Source of the DNA: Vitrella brassicaformis CCMP3155
Taxonomy: Eukaryota > Protista > Chromerida
Direction: 5' to 3'
Assembly: GCA_001179505.1 (NCBI GenBank)
Contig: CDMY01000402.1
Span: 1-64,000 of the forward strand
Length of the DNA stretch: 64,000 nucleotides
A program made the position numbers and the translations under genes. Positions 22,335 to 36,014 of this stretch are shown piece by piece. Under the pieces are notes generated by a model. It was not told where the DNA came from and searched no databases. It saw nothing but the letters and a program-made list of their open reading frames with translations. Every line of letters begins with the position of its first letter. Positions within the stretch are counted from its first letter, which is position 1.

Positions 22335-23616
22335 TCAGTCACTAAGCACGACCGGGTCTTTGCCTTTCCTGCCGCCCGCTCCCGAGGCTCCCTGATTGAA
22401 CTGTAATGAAACAGGCGGGCCAAACAACTCGCCACCCATGTCCTCCTCCATCTGCTCGTTCCTCCTCGGCTTGCCGCCCCGCCTGCCGCCGCCGTCCTGC
22501 CCCTCCTCGCTGTTGTTGGAGCTCATCCCGCCCCTCCCTCGCCTCGGCCGACCGTTGGACCGCCCCCGCCGCTCCAGATCTTCCCCTCGTTGCCTGGCGC
22601 CGGCCGCCTCATCGTCTCGTGGTGCGGCCGACGGCTGGGGTCTCTGGGCGGAGGAGGAGGGCTGGTCCGTCTGGTGGGGTGGGGGGGCGGCGCTCGATGA
22701 CGACGTGGCCTCTGGGGTGCCGTACTCGCCGTGCTCGAGCTTCTCCTGGACGAGTGACTTCTTGCCGTGTACTCTGAATCCGAAGATCTTGGGTACGAAT
22801 GGCGTGGGGAAGTCGAGCGGGACTAGGTTGGCGTATGTCTGGAGGAAGATGTGGGGGAAGGATGTGCCGAAGTAGGCCCCGTCCATGTCCTCGCCAACCT
22901 TGCTGGCCTTGGGCGTGTAGACCTCCTGGCACTTGGGGCAGTAGGTCTTGACCCGGCTGCTCCGCAGCTCCTCAGACAGCCCAATCGGCAGCGCATTCTG
23001 CCGCTCACAGAGCACTCGGGGGCAGTAGCCGAAGCCGCCCTTGAGGAACTTCTCCTTCATCAGAGTCAGGCCGCGGGGCGACGTGATGAACCGCTGGTGG
23101 ATCAAACCATACAGGTCCGTCGCACAACGATACACCTCCTGCAGTAAGGGAGGGAGGGAGGGAGGGAGCCAACACAACACACCCCACAGACAGACACAGA
23201 CAACAACGAGAGAGAGATGCGACGTACGTGAGTGGCGTGCATGTATGCGTGTATGCATACGGCGTCCTGTCAGCCGCCACTCTCTCCAGTGCATGCCTCT
23301 TCCCTCCCTCCCTGTCTGCCTGTCTGTCTGCCTCTGTGTTGCCACCCGCTCAGCTGACCACGAAGTCAGGGTCGACGAGGTCGTCATCATCTGGCGCCTC
23401 CGGTGCGAGTATCATGTCGAGTGCCTTGTCATAGTTGTTTACCCGCGGCCTGAGCCCGTAAAGGTTGAAGTTGTCCTTGATGTAGTCCTCATCGACCTCC
23501 ACGAAGAAGTCGTGTCCCTCGAGGCTGCAGAACCACTGAATCCATCCCGCCTCGCTGCACTCGTCGTCGTCATCCTCCTCATCGATGCCGTGGCGGTCAT
23601 ACGTGTACAGGGACAT
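22335..23616 (-). CDS. CSNK2B: Casein kinase II regulatory (beta) subunit
   Basis: [47 protein letters not shown], zinc-finger CPRVLC...CPKC and [13 protein letters not shown]. One intron (23139-23358) and a low-complexity C-terminal tail. Confidence 0.97.
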
Positions 23617-23836
23617 CCCTCACCGCCGGAATCACTCACAACCACAGAGCAAGCCAAGTCGGGCAGAGAGGCGATTGATGGGCAACACAGGACAGAAACT
23701 GCCAGAGAGGCGTTCCGATGAAGAGATCTCTTTCTTCCTTCCCCCGCGAACAGTGCGAGCTTAGAATCGCAAAGCGAATAATCGCGAAAGGGCTGGGAGG
23801 CGTGCTGCATCTACGTGTCATCTGTTATTCTGCTCA

Positions 23837-26197
23837 ATGAAGGAACCATTGCTGCTGCCGCTGAGCCTTACATTCTTGCTCGCCCTTCTGCACTCCATCA
23901 GCGCTTTCCACCTCAGCAGCCCTCTTCTCTCCTCCGCACGTCGAGCAAGATCACAGCCGCCGCCATCAGTCCTCTCCTCAGCTGCACATCAAGCAGCACC
24001 CGTGGCCACAACACCAGCATCATCAACTCAGCAGAAGCAACGGCAGGAGCTGAATGGCGATAAGAGCGTGGCTCTCCCACCATCACCACCGCCAGCAGTG
24101 GCGCACGATGACAGGCCCGAACATGAGTTGAGTGAGGCTGAGCGGCGGGATCACCGGCGGGTTGGGCGGCAGATGGATCTGTTCTTCGTGTCTGAGGACG
24201 CTGTGGGGTCGATATTTTGGCTGCCCAACGGGTGGACGCTGTACAGAACCATCAAGGACTACCTCAGTGACAAACTGCGCAGGGCAGGTACGTGGCGTGG
24301 ATGGGCGCACACATAATATTATGATGCATATCATATGTACGCATATATGGTGTGGCATGCATGGCTGGGGGGGTGCAGGTTACGATGAGATCAACACGCC
24401 TCAGTTGATGAACAAGCGTCTGTGGGTGACGTCTGGTCACTGGGAGAAGTTCCGTGAGAACATGTTTGTGGTGGAGGGCGACCGGCCGCTGCCGCCCACC
24501 GACGGGTCGGGCCACGAGCCGCAGCACCATGGAGAGCCCGAGGTGCTGGCCATCAAACCCATGAACTGCCCCGCACACGTGCAGGTCTTCAAGTACGTCC
24601 GTGACGTGACTGGCCCACACACACGGCCAGACAGCTAGCCCCACAGACAGACAACTGGATGTGATGTATTGGTGTTGGTGGGTGATATATGTTTGTTCCA
24701 CGTGTGTGCAGGCGTGGCAGCAAGTCCTACCGTGAGCTGCCATATCGGTTGTCTGAGTTTGGCCTGGTGCACCGCAACGAGATATCCGGCGCCCTGACGG
24801 GCCTCATGAGAGTCAGGGCCTTCACTCAGGTCGATGTGTGTGGTGGGGGAGGGGCCTGGTTCCATCCATGGTTTCTCAGCCTGCCTACAAACCTTGCTGC
24901 CTGCCTTGTTGTTTGTGTGCCTGCCTGCAGGACGACGCGCACATCTTTTGCACGGAGGATCAGGTGGTGACAGAGACGAGGAATTTCGTGGAGCTGCTGC
25001 TCAAGGTCTATCGCGACCTTGGCTTCGACGACGTCAAAATCAAATTCTCAGACAGACCCGACAAGAGGGCGGGCGATGACGTCGTCTGGGACAAAGCAGA
25101 GGTGCGCGCGGCCAGACGACAGCAGGACACTTGCACTCACCTTTCTGCTTCTGTTCGACATGTGTGTGCATGTCGGATCCATCCCTCCATGTGTCCCTCC
25201 CTTCATCAGGAGTCTCTCCGGAATGCGATCGAGGCGTTGGGTTTGGAGTACGAGTTCAACCCGGGTGAGGGCGCCTTCTACGGCCCCAAGCTGGAGTTTG
25301 TGGTGCAGGACGCACTGGGGCGGGACTGGCAGTGCGGCACCATACAGGTCGACTTCGTCATGCCTGTCAGGTCAGTCGGCCATCCGATTATCGGATCTAG
25401 CCTTACTTATCCGCCCCCTCACCGACACACGGCGTCCATGCCATGCAATATTGTGTATGTATGTGTGTTTATGTGTCTGTCAGATTTGACGCGACATATG
25501 TGGACAGCGACAAGAACAAGATGCACCCCGTGATGCTCCACCGGGCCATTTTGGGGTCATTCGAGCGGTTTCTCGGCATCATGATCGAAAACTTCGGCGG
25601 CCACTTCCCTCTCTGGCTGGCACCGGTGCAGGTGAGAAGGATGCAGACACTCGATAGATAGACAGCCACACATGGACGCATGGGATGTCATGAGACACGG
25701 CGGCCGATCAATCAATATATCGGCGATTGTGTGTGTTGTTGTGTTGTGCGGCAGGTGACAGTGTGTCCGATAACGAACGAAGTGGACGAGTATGCGCAGG
25801 AGGTGGCGGAGCGGCTGAGGGCGGCCGGCCTTAGGACCAATGTGGACCTCAGAAGCGAAAAGATCTCTTATAAAATCAGGTAGGAAGGTAGGTGCCTGGG
25901 CTGGGCCCGGCCGGGGTAGTGAGTGCATTGGATGGATGTGTGTGAGTGCAGGGACCTGAGCAAGAAGAAGGTGTCAAGGCTTGCCATTGTGGGCAAGAGA
26001 GAACGGGATAACGGCAGCATCGCACTCAGGAGGTGAGACCGACAGCAGCACCATGCACCCTTCAATCGCAGCACATCTGCATGGCCTGGTTTGTTGACTG
26101 GTTTGTCTCACTTAGGTTTGGGAGCCAGGATCAGGAGGTCATGTCACTAGATGATGCCGTCAGGCAGCTTGTTGAGGAAGCCAAGGTGCCTGAATAA
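23837..26197 (+). CDS. thrS: Threonyl-tRNA synthetase, organellar (probably plastid-targeted), lacking the TGS and editing domains
   Basis: [82 protein letters not shown] and an anticodon-binding domain. Signal peptide ending ISA-F followed by a Ser/Arg-rich leader. Confidence 0.95.
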
Positions 26198-26729
26198 ATG
26201 ACACAGCAAGCCTGGCCTGGCCTGCTGAGAGGGGAGGGGGGCAGAGTGCATGCCGCCCACTGTGCATCTCGAAGAGGCCGCGCAGTAGGCATGGCATGTA
26301 TCCATGCATGGTGTGTGCGCGGGAGTTTTTGTCGACTGTACAGTGCTTGACTGGCAAGTGCGGGCGCATCTGCACTGATTCAAACCCCTCACCCACGCGT
26401 CAGAGGGCGTCAGTCGATTTCTGCGAGCTGTTGCGACACACGGCTTTTGTTAAAAAGTCTGCCGGTGGCGCAGCCGTCGTGTCTTTCTCTTGGTGGGGGT
26501 CAGTTCGACAAGTGGATGCGCTGGAGCCGTGCTGTCGCACAGGGAATCCTCAGACAGACAAGCGCATCTCCAACGTCAGCACCACAGTGTAAGAAAAGAA
26601 CCCATGAAGCGGCACAGGCTGATGCTGGGCTGATGCAGCTTGTCGGCCTTCACGTGTGCCTAGTATCTGTCGACAGCTGTGTGTGCAGGTCGAGGACAGA
26701 GAGGGGGCGTGAGAAGGCGTTCTGATCTG

Positions 26730-27591
26730 ATGGACGTGTGCGCCATCTGCTGCGAGGCGAGTGCACACCACCTGATGACGGACGTATCGGTGCCGCTGCG
26801 GTGGCCACCCATTGAGACCGACCCCACTATCTTCACCTCCATGGCACACGCACTCGGCCTTGACCCAGCCTACACCCTCACCGAGCTGCTGGACCTCGAC
26901 GGCTCGCTGTACTCGCCCTCCGACAGCCCCTCGCCGCAGCAGAGCTGCCAGGGATTCATCGTCTGCTATGAGGACTCCTCTCTCGCCGTCAACTATGATG
27001 AGTGCGGGAGTGCGGCAGATATTGCCGACCAGCAGCAGCAGCTGACCTTCATCAAGCAGGTGGATGAGCTGGACACGGCGTGCGGCTTCATCGCCCTGCT
27101 GCACGTCATCGTCAACCTCCAGCTGGACAGCAGCTCCCCACCTGTGGTAGAGGGCTCGCCGCTGGACAAGTTCCTGGAGCGTGTCCGCCCTCTCGACCCA
27201 CATGCCCGTGGACAGGCGCTCGCCCACGACGAGAGCATCCGACAGCAGTACACTCAGGCTGCCTTGCGCGGCCAGAGCCACGTGCCGGCCACAGAGAATG
27301 AGGTGCCTGCTTCCACCAAGACACTTTCCGACAGACACAACAGACAGACAGACTTCCATGGTGTCGTTTCGTTATTGTCAGGTGAAGCATCACTATGTGG
27401 GACTTGTGAGGGTAGGTGGGCGGCTGGTGGTCTTGGACGGCGTCAAGGAGCGGCCGATGTGTGTGGGGGAGGTGGGTGGAGAGGACGCGACGAGCATGCT
27501 GGCGGCCATGAAAGGCTTCGTGACGACGTGTATGAAGGGGCAAGTGGAGGCAGGGATGCTGTCCGTGCTGGCGCTATCCAAAAGTGGATAG
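26730..27591 (+). CDS. Ubiquitin C-terminal hydrolase (peptidase C12, UCH-L1/L3 type)
   Basis: WPPIETDPTIF, catalytic Cys in TACGFIALLH, His in KHHYV and Asp in VLDG. One intron (~27303-27381). Confidence 0.85.
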
Positions 27592-28234
27592 TCAGCCAGC
27601 CGGGGCATGCAACTGACTGGATGACCGACCGCTGGCTGGCGTGGTGTGTCATTATGCACTGTCGACTGAGGCGAAACGGCGTGTGAGTTTCGCGTTCATC
27701 AATGCTCTTGATTTGGTTGCTCTTGATTTGGTTGCATTGGCTGCAGCGAGCCAGTTAGCGAGAGGCTAAAACACTTCGAGAGCTTAAAACTCCACACGCA
27801 TCGCATCCAATCCACCACCCTAAAACATCCATCGGATGTCCTCATCAGTCAGTCACACCCCTCCCACACCACACACGCACATATGCAGACAGACACCAAT
27901 CATACCACTAGTTGGTCCTTCAGCAGGACACGACACGACACAATCCAATGCCAGCTGGCATGGCTGGCCCACACACACACACACACCCCCCGCACCCACT
28001 CACTGCTTGTTTGGCTCGACACAATGAAGCATGGCCACATACATGCAAGTAGGTAAGTCATTCATTGACTGATCGACAGACACCACACCACACCCTGAGT
28101 GAGAAAACGAGGGAGCCAGTGAATGAACGGAGTAGCGATAGCCAGGCCCGATCCCTGCCCTTCCCTGCTCTCCCCTTGGCCTGCCCCAGCCAGTCCACAG
28201 CCTGGGGCTCATCTTGGGTTCTATCTATCTTGTA

Positions 28235-28778
28235 TCAAGATTGTTTCTTGAGGTAATCCCGCAGCCTCTTGTCCATCTGTGCGATCTCTGGGAAGTAGGT
28301 GACGAAGCACTGCCCTGTGCACTCCTCCATCTGCTTCTCGATGGTTGCACGGTCCTTCTCGTCCTTGGCGCTGCTGTGCGGCTGAGAAAACTTATTGAAA
28401 CAAGCGTCCTGACACACCTGAATGCAGCCAGTCAGTGAGGGCACCACCACACCACACCACACCACACCCCATGCACCCACCTGACAATCAGTGACTGCAG
28501 TGCCCTCACTGTTTACTGACCTGTATGGAGTTTTGCAGTGTCTGCATCTCTCTGTTGAGTGTGGCCGAGAATTCCTCTGCGGGCTGCTGGCAGTTCTTGA
28601 TGCACCTGCCGACGGTCTCATAGTCGGTACCGGGTTTGTCGAAGCACGCCACGCAGCACTGGAAGGTCTTCTTCTGCATGGCCATGCTGTCCTGCGTTAT
28701 GTCATGCAGCGTCTTGTCCAGCGCACTCTGGAAGGCCTTGACCTTCTCCTGAGCCGTCGGCGGTGACGACGACGCCAT
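28235..28778 (-). CDS. FAM136A: FAM136A/DUF842-like twin CX3C protein
   Basis: QKKTFQCCVACFD...VGRCIKNCQQP...LQNSIQ-GCIQVCQD...EECTGQC gives four CX3C pairs in the FAM136A arrangement. One intron. Confidence 0.75.
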
Positions 28779-28932
28779 GGTTGAACTCTTGCGGCAGCCA
28801 ATTCAAAGATACAACTCGACCTTCACCTCAGGCACACCATGCACTTCACAATCTGCGCAGATCTGAGAGGAGGAGAGATGCAATGGTTACGTTTTCAAGC
28901 TTGCATGCGATTTCCAGAGGCTTCTTCCGCTG

Positions 28933-31142
28933 ATGTTGTTGTTGGCTGCTCTGTTGGGTGTGTTGCTGGATCTGTCGGTTGCCTTCCAATCCATTCATCC
29001 TCGCCGCACATGGCAGGCAACCTGCCGCACCTCATCCATCCCCGGCGCTGCCCACCTATCGCGAGTCAAGATGGCCACGCCCATCCGCATCTATCCGCCT
29101 CCGCCGAAGCCAACGCACCCCGACGTGAGCAAACTGAGGCGGCGCTTTGCGGATGACGGAGGCTCTGTCAGCGACGCTCTGCAGATAAGGCCGAGCGCAT
29201 TCGATAATGCGGGTGCGGGGCTGTTTGTGAAGGAAGCTGTCAAGGAGGGAGAGGTGCTTGCGAGGGTGCCGGAGAGGTTCTTGATGAGGCCGATGGGCTA
29301 TGGTGTTGTTGTTGATGACAGCGGCGAAGATCCGGAAGTTCCGGATGAGCTGCGGGATCTCATTGCTAAGGTTCCGTCGCAGAACTGGATGTTGCGTCTG
29401 GCGCTGCTTGTGCTGTACCACCAGATGAACCGGACGCCCCACTGGTACGATGACTACCTCATGACGCTGCCCGAGTCCTTCCCGTCCATCCCTATGTTCT
29501 TCAAGCAGGGCGACCTCAAGGCCCTCCAGCACCCCAACCCCAACGCCATCTCACACCGCCTCTGGTTCCTCCAGCAAATGCACCGACAGATCTACGGACC
29601 AATCGCAAACACGCACCAAGACCCCTTCGCTCCTCTCGCCAAAGAGAATGACTTGGCGGCCGGCCAAAAGCCCCTGACGCTGAAATCCGTCGCCTGGGCG
29701 CAGGCGGTGGTGACGTCGCGCAGCTTGCGGGGCAGTTCTGGCGGTGGGCCTGGGATGATGTGTCCGTTGCTCGACATGTGCAACCACTCATCGTGGCCGA
29801 GTGCGGCTGTGCAGCACGAGGTGGATGGGGAGGGGCGGGTGAGGGGCGTGCGGCTGGTGGCGCTCAGGGATCTGCCAGAGGGGGAGGAGCTCACCGTGTC
29901 GTACGGCAGGATGTCCAACGCCTTGCTCGTCATGGACTATGGATTTGTGGAACCAAACAACCCGTGAGCCGAGCCACCCGACCCGATAGACCACACGTCA
30001 TCAAATCAACACACAAGCAGGCAGTACAGAGGGAGGGAGGGAGATGTGCGTGTCCTCTCTGCCTGCCTCAGTTATGACCGCGTGACGATCACCTTCGACC
30101 ACAAGATAGCGGGTGAGGCCTTCCGGACCATCGGCCTGGACGACAGGCGGATCGTCCCTGGCCGGTTCGACTCCCTCCCCTGCCCACACCGCCGGCCGCT
30201 GCTTAAGCAGCTCTATCTCCTGCCAACCGACATCGACAAGGCCATCAAGGAGGGAGAGAGAGACAAGGAGAGGGAGGCCATGGCCATGGCGCAGCAATCT
30301 GACGCAAGCGCCACAGCCACAGCGACGTCCAGAGGCAGGGAGAAGGATGTGATACTGGTCAAGGAGGAGGGCAACACGACTATAAGGGAGACCACCTATG
30401 CCGATGCGCCCAAGGAGAGGAGGCGGGAGCCAGCCGGGGAGAGGGGGGCAGCAGCAGCAGCAGCAGGGAACGCCGCGGCAGGCAATGCGACCGAGGCGCC
30501 CCACATCTACCGTCCGCGGGTCCATCTTGGCGGCGACATCCTGGTCGACAAACGATTGCTCGCTGCCGTCAGGGTAACCAACACACACACACACACACAC
30601 ACAGCGATAGGACGGGAGGATTGGCTGGCGGAGGATTGGCTGGTGCATACTTTTCTCTGTGTCCCTCCCATTGCAGGTGTTGTTATCCTCTGGCGATGAG
30701 CTGGAGGGGAGGTCTTTGCGCGAGCTGGCCGAGTGGGCCACACCCCTCTCGTCCACCAACGAAGTCAGAGAGAGAGAGAGAGAGAGACGCTCCACCACCA
30801 ACGAACGACATCAACCAATGAATCCTCTCTGCCTCCTTTCTCCGTCAGATGGTGACCCTGAAGGCGCTGGTGGCCCTGATCGGTTTGGTCGAGTACGCCG
30901 ACTTCGACACGTCTCTGGAGGACGACCTGAGGTCACTGGCGAGCGGGCGCATCCCCACGGGCCACACCGACTGGGGCACGGAGGACTACGTGTCCGTCAC
31001 ACCCGCCCTTGACGTCACCCTGCGGTATCGCGTGGAGAGGAAGCGGCTGCTGCAGCGAGTCAGGGAGGGGCTGCAGCGGCGGCTGGCAGATGTCAAACAC
31101 AGATATGTCACGGGGCAACGGGCTCTCAGGTCGGCCGGCTGA
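28933..31142 (+). CDS. SET-domain lysine methyltransferase, Rubisco-LSMT/SETD3 family, probably plastid-targeted
   Basis: NAGAGLF, PLLDMCNHS and ELTVSYG SET motifs, followed by an LSMT substrate-binding-like region. Signal peptide ending SVA-FQ plus a transit-like leader. Confidence 0.85.
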
Positions 31143-31614
31143 GTGCCGGGGGGGAGGGAGGGAGGCTTCTGACGTGGGGGGGTGGATGGATGGATGTGTG
31201 ACGAACGAAGAGGGAGGGAGAGAGATGTGTCCGTCCATGGAGCTTCCTTCCTTGATGGCGTTTTGTTCGTATATCTGTGGGGCGTGTCGTGTCAGGGAAT
31301 GATTATGGCGGTGAGACAGACAGACCAACCGGATCAATAAAGATCGCCTGGCTACACTGCATACAACACAACACCCACACGCACACACACAAGGTAGATA
31401 CTGGATGGAATGTGTCGCTCGCACAGACAGAAAACATGTGAATGGACCGACCGACAGACCGATAGACACGCCCTGCCCTACCATCTACCTAGCTGCCCTG
31501 CCCGCCCTATACAAACACACACACATAGACCAACACACACACACACTAGATCGACATATACCGGTAGGTATACCACCACCACCACCCCACCCTCCCGTCC
31601 GTGCCTTCAGTGAG

Positions 31615-34227
31615 TCAGCCATCGCCCATGGCAGCCCCCGTGACACTGAACCTCTCCCTCTCGTCCTCGCCGCCACCGGACCCCTCGGCCTGGGGCGACA
31701 TGCCGGCTTGGGCCCCGGTATTGGCGCCACCACCACCGCTATGGAGAGGTGGGTAGAAGGAGAGTGCGGGGACGGATGTGAGAGGGAGGGGGTTGGGTGA
31801 GGGGCTCAGCCGCACCGCATCACCACAGATGTTCAGCACGGCGTACGCCTGGTGCTTCTCCTCCTGAATCAATGGATGGATGGAAGCAGACAGACAGGCA
31901 GGCAGAATGAGTCGAACAGATCCATCACGGTGTCTGTGTGTGCGAGTGTGTTCGGTCTTATTGGACGAGTGTGAGTGTGATAGGCCTACCGTGAGGAAGA
32001 GGTTGTTGATGCGGTAGCCCAGGAGGGCATTGCCGCCAATTGCCAGCACGTGACTCTGACACACACCCCACACCACCAGGTACTTACGCATTCGGTGCAA
32101 CGAAGAACGAGTGTGCCTGGTCGGTCGGTCGGTTGGCTGGCTCGCTGACCCGCGCCATGCAGAGGGCGTCTGTGACGAATTCGTGGTAGAAGACCTCAAA
32201 GTGCTTCAGGGCCGTGGTCTCCTTTATCACGTGCAGAGCTACCAAACCAATGTACCTGCACACATGCACATGCACACGTGTATTTCCGGGTGTGTGTCTG
32301 TGTGTGTGTGTGTGTTACTTTTCCACTTGGCAGCCGGGGAGTGAACTCAATGGCGATACCTGCAGGACATGCCATGCCATGCGCACACAGATGCACATCC
32401 ATTCGTCCATCCATCCATCCACCATCCCATGGACACACCCACTGCACTGCTCTCCTTCCCTTCCCGGACTCACTCACCAGGACGATTTGTTCCAGCGGGT
32501 CCCCGATGCCCTCCCCCTTGTCCACATACCCATACACCTCCCTCTCCTTACCGCCTACACCAACACCAACACCAGCCGGGGTGGTCTCCACACCAGGAGC
32601 ACCAGGCTTTTTCCCCACAGGCACCCGTCTATCGCCGTCGTCACGCTGCTGCTGTGTCCATGGCACATCGACGGTTGGCGGGTGGCAGGGCGATGCCGGC
32701 TCAGAGTGGAAGGTGAAGAGTCCCTCCTGCAGCTGGGGCGCGGCCAGAGATGCCCCCCTGCCGGCTGCGGCCCCTTTCTTGTCACCCTGCATCTTCCTGC
32801 TCGCCACAAGGGGTGGGGGCGGCTGCCTCCGACCGTCCAGCATAGGCGAGCCCTTTGGGTGGCCCTTCATCGGACTCCCTCTCTCCCTCTCCCTCTCCCT
32901 GTCTCGGTCTCTGTTGACAGCTCTCGCGCGATCCACAAGTGTCGCCGGCGATGCGGCAGTGGTTTTGCCACCACTCCAGGACAGATTCAGCCCCAGTTTG
33001 CTGAGGGCGAAGGCGCGTAAGTGCCTGTCCGTCTGCTTGGATGGAGGAGGGGGTGAGGGGAATGGGGAGGGGGAGGGGTGCAGGTCGGTTGCCGATGGCT
33101 TGCTGGGCCGGCCTGGTGTGGATCTGATGACGAGCGAGCCTCCCTCTGGCTGAGATGAGGTGGTGCGTGAGGGGGAGGGGAGTAGGAGGGAGATGGATGG
33201 GGGCAGGAGGTAGTGCTCGTCCTCGATAAAGCCGTGGTGGGCGAGGGCCGCCTCACCGCCAGCAGGGCTGCTGTCTTCAGGACTGCTCTCACCTGCCGAC
33301 CACACACACACACACACACACACAGACAGACTCTGCTCTCTCTGCTGTGCGACATTGGCTGTGGGTGCGTCCGTCCGTGGTTTGTGGCTGCACTGCACTG
33401 CATACCTACCTCCCGAGTAGGCGGCTGACATGTAGCCATAGACGAGTCCCTCATTGACGGGGTCCAGCCCACGAGAGAAGACAGGCGGGCCGGGGGGGCC
33501 GTTGGTCTGGTCTGCATGGTTGTTGTGCTGGTGGTGGCCGACGTCCACCGACCACCCAGACTCGATGCTGTTGTCACGACGGCCGGGGGCGGTGATGGGA
33601 GCCAGGTCACCCGCCCAGCTGCTGTGGGGGAAACTGGGGCCCTCCTGACACACAGGGGAGAGAGGGGTGTGTGGGATGTGTGTCGTTGTGTCTTTGTGTT
33701 GCGTCGCTTCTGCTGACTCTCGGTCCCATCTGAAGGGCGTGCCCGGTGAGGACCAGCTCGAGTGTGTCTTCCTTCAACACAGAGATGCGCCACTGACATA
33801 CAGACAGACACGAAACGACAAAATGAACATACGGCAAATGGATGGGTGGATGGATGGATAGACATCCATACCTGCAGGGCGGCGATGCAGCAGGGGAAGA
33901 CGCCCCTGAGGAACTGCCGGAAGAGCAGCCCCGCGAACATCTCGTTGCACACCTCACCCAGCCGTTTGGTGATCTTGGACGACGACGCTCGGACGTCCTC
34001 CAACAAATCGATACGCCTGACAGCACAACACACACACCACACCCACCCTCCATCCGTGGCACGGCACCGACCACCAAAAGCCCCATTGAATGACTGACAG
34101 ACTGACTGACCCACCGAATGGCAAACACGAAAGGCGCCGGGAGCATGACGGGCGCATCGGCTGTCGCTGCCACCCCCATGTTGTTGCTGTTGGTGTTGCT
34201 GTTGTCATTTGGCTGGATTCCTTCCCT

Positions 34228-34260
<33 letters not shown>

Positions 34261-34394
34261 TGTGCGTCCGATGGCTGCCAGCCATGGGTCCGGGGGAAAT
34301 GCGCCGCCGGGGAGACAGTCGACGGTGCAGAGAGCTGAGTCGGAGGGCACCACGGGGTCATCAAGGGCTGCCACCAAATCCTGACAAACCAGAG

Positions 34395-34426
<32 letters not shown>

Positions 34427-35983
34427 TGCGTTCGTTCATTAGGCGTGTGGTGGGTTGGGTAAGATCTGCAGTCACGTCACGTACCTCATCGGTCTCATCG
34501 TCGACCTCAAACACAAAGGCGTGTTTACCATCGCCCTCATCGCGCCTCACACCCACCCCACCGCCGCCAGCAGCCCCCCCACCGCCCACCCGGGCGTACA
34601 CATAGCTGTTGGGCGGCCGCGCACTCACAGTCTGCTCGCACTCCCCCACATTGCCGTCAAACGACATGGTCGACACCAACGGGTCACCGGCAGCAACAGC
34701 AGCAGCTTGCTGTTGCTGCTGCTGCTGCTGGTCGAGGGATGCGAGTACCTTGGCCATCAGACCGCCCTCCATGCCGGGAGACGGGATGGGAGAGGCTCGT
34801 GCGGGCAGGAGGGGGTCGCCGGGAGACGGTAGCACGGCCGCGGGCAATGGCTCGCCGGGAAGGGCCGCCTGACATTGATTTGATTGATGCAGACAGACAG
34901 ACAGACAGACAGACAGGGATGGTGAATGGTGAATGGTGTAGTATGGCGCGGCAAGGAGGGGGGAAGGGGTTTGTTTACCTGTGGTGTGCCAAGTTGCAGC
35001 AGCGGTGCGTAAGGTGAGGTCATGGCGGCTGATGGGTTGGCCGTCGCCAGGTTGGGCGAGAAGAACCGACTCAACGCCAGAAGCATCTCGGCAGAGCTGA
35101 CACACAGACAGACACCGCACATACGCCGTATGTGCAACCATACATCCATCCTTCCCTTTGCACATAACATACGCCACGCACCGGCTCGGCTCACCCACCA
35201 GTCGAAAGATGAGGCCAGCATCGGTACCCCCCCCTTGTGGTGCGCGATGCCGCGGAGACTCCGCTGGTGCAGCCGATCGTACACTGTCTTGCGCAACAAG
35301 TCATCCTGACACACACACACACACAGACAAACACGTGTGACACACATGCTTGCCAAACATTGCCTTCACTACCACACGGCCATTGATGTTGATGGGATGG
35401 GTGGGTCGTACCTACCTCAGCTTGTGCGGCTCCGCCTCTGATGATACGTGACACCCGTGGCGGCGCCTTGATGACGAGAGCCGACGGGGGCGGCAGCGGC
35501 TTGGCGTACACACCCGTGGCTGACGCAACCCCTGAATCGATCGGATCAATCAATGGGATAAGGAGGGAGGGAGAAAGGGAGGGAGGGAATGACGTCTGTC
35601 TGTGTGGGTCGTCGGGTCGGGTGGCTGTGGTGGCCGTGTGCATGTGTTGTGTGGACCTACCGGCGATTGCACAGGGTCCGACGGACAGCTCCACTGTGAG
35701 GCCGAATGCACAGTTGACGCCCAGGATCTGCAGGCAGGCAGGCAGACACATTCTTGTAAACACATTACATTGAGAGAGGCATGTTGTATTGTGCAGCGCA
35801 GCTGCATAGCTACCCACGGCCCATGGAGGCAGGCAGCCATGTACCGACCTTCATCTTGTACATGAGTTGTCTGTGTAGGTCCAGCTCCAGGAAGGGCAGC
35901 GCCTGTGAGACCTCCATGGCGTGCGCCTCTCCTGACAGCTCACGCTTCATCCGACACACACGCGCCTCAACCAGCTGACCCCT

Positions 35984-36014
<31 letters not shown>

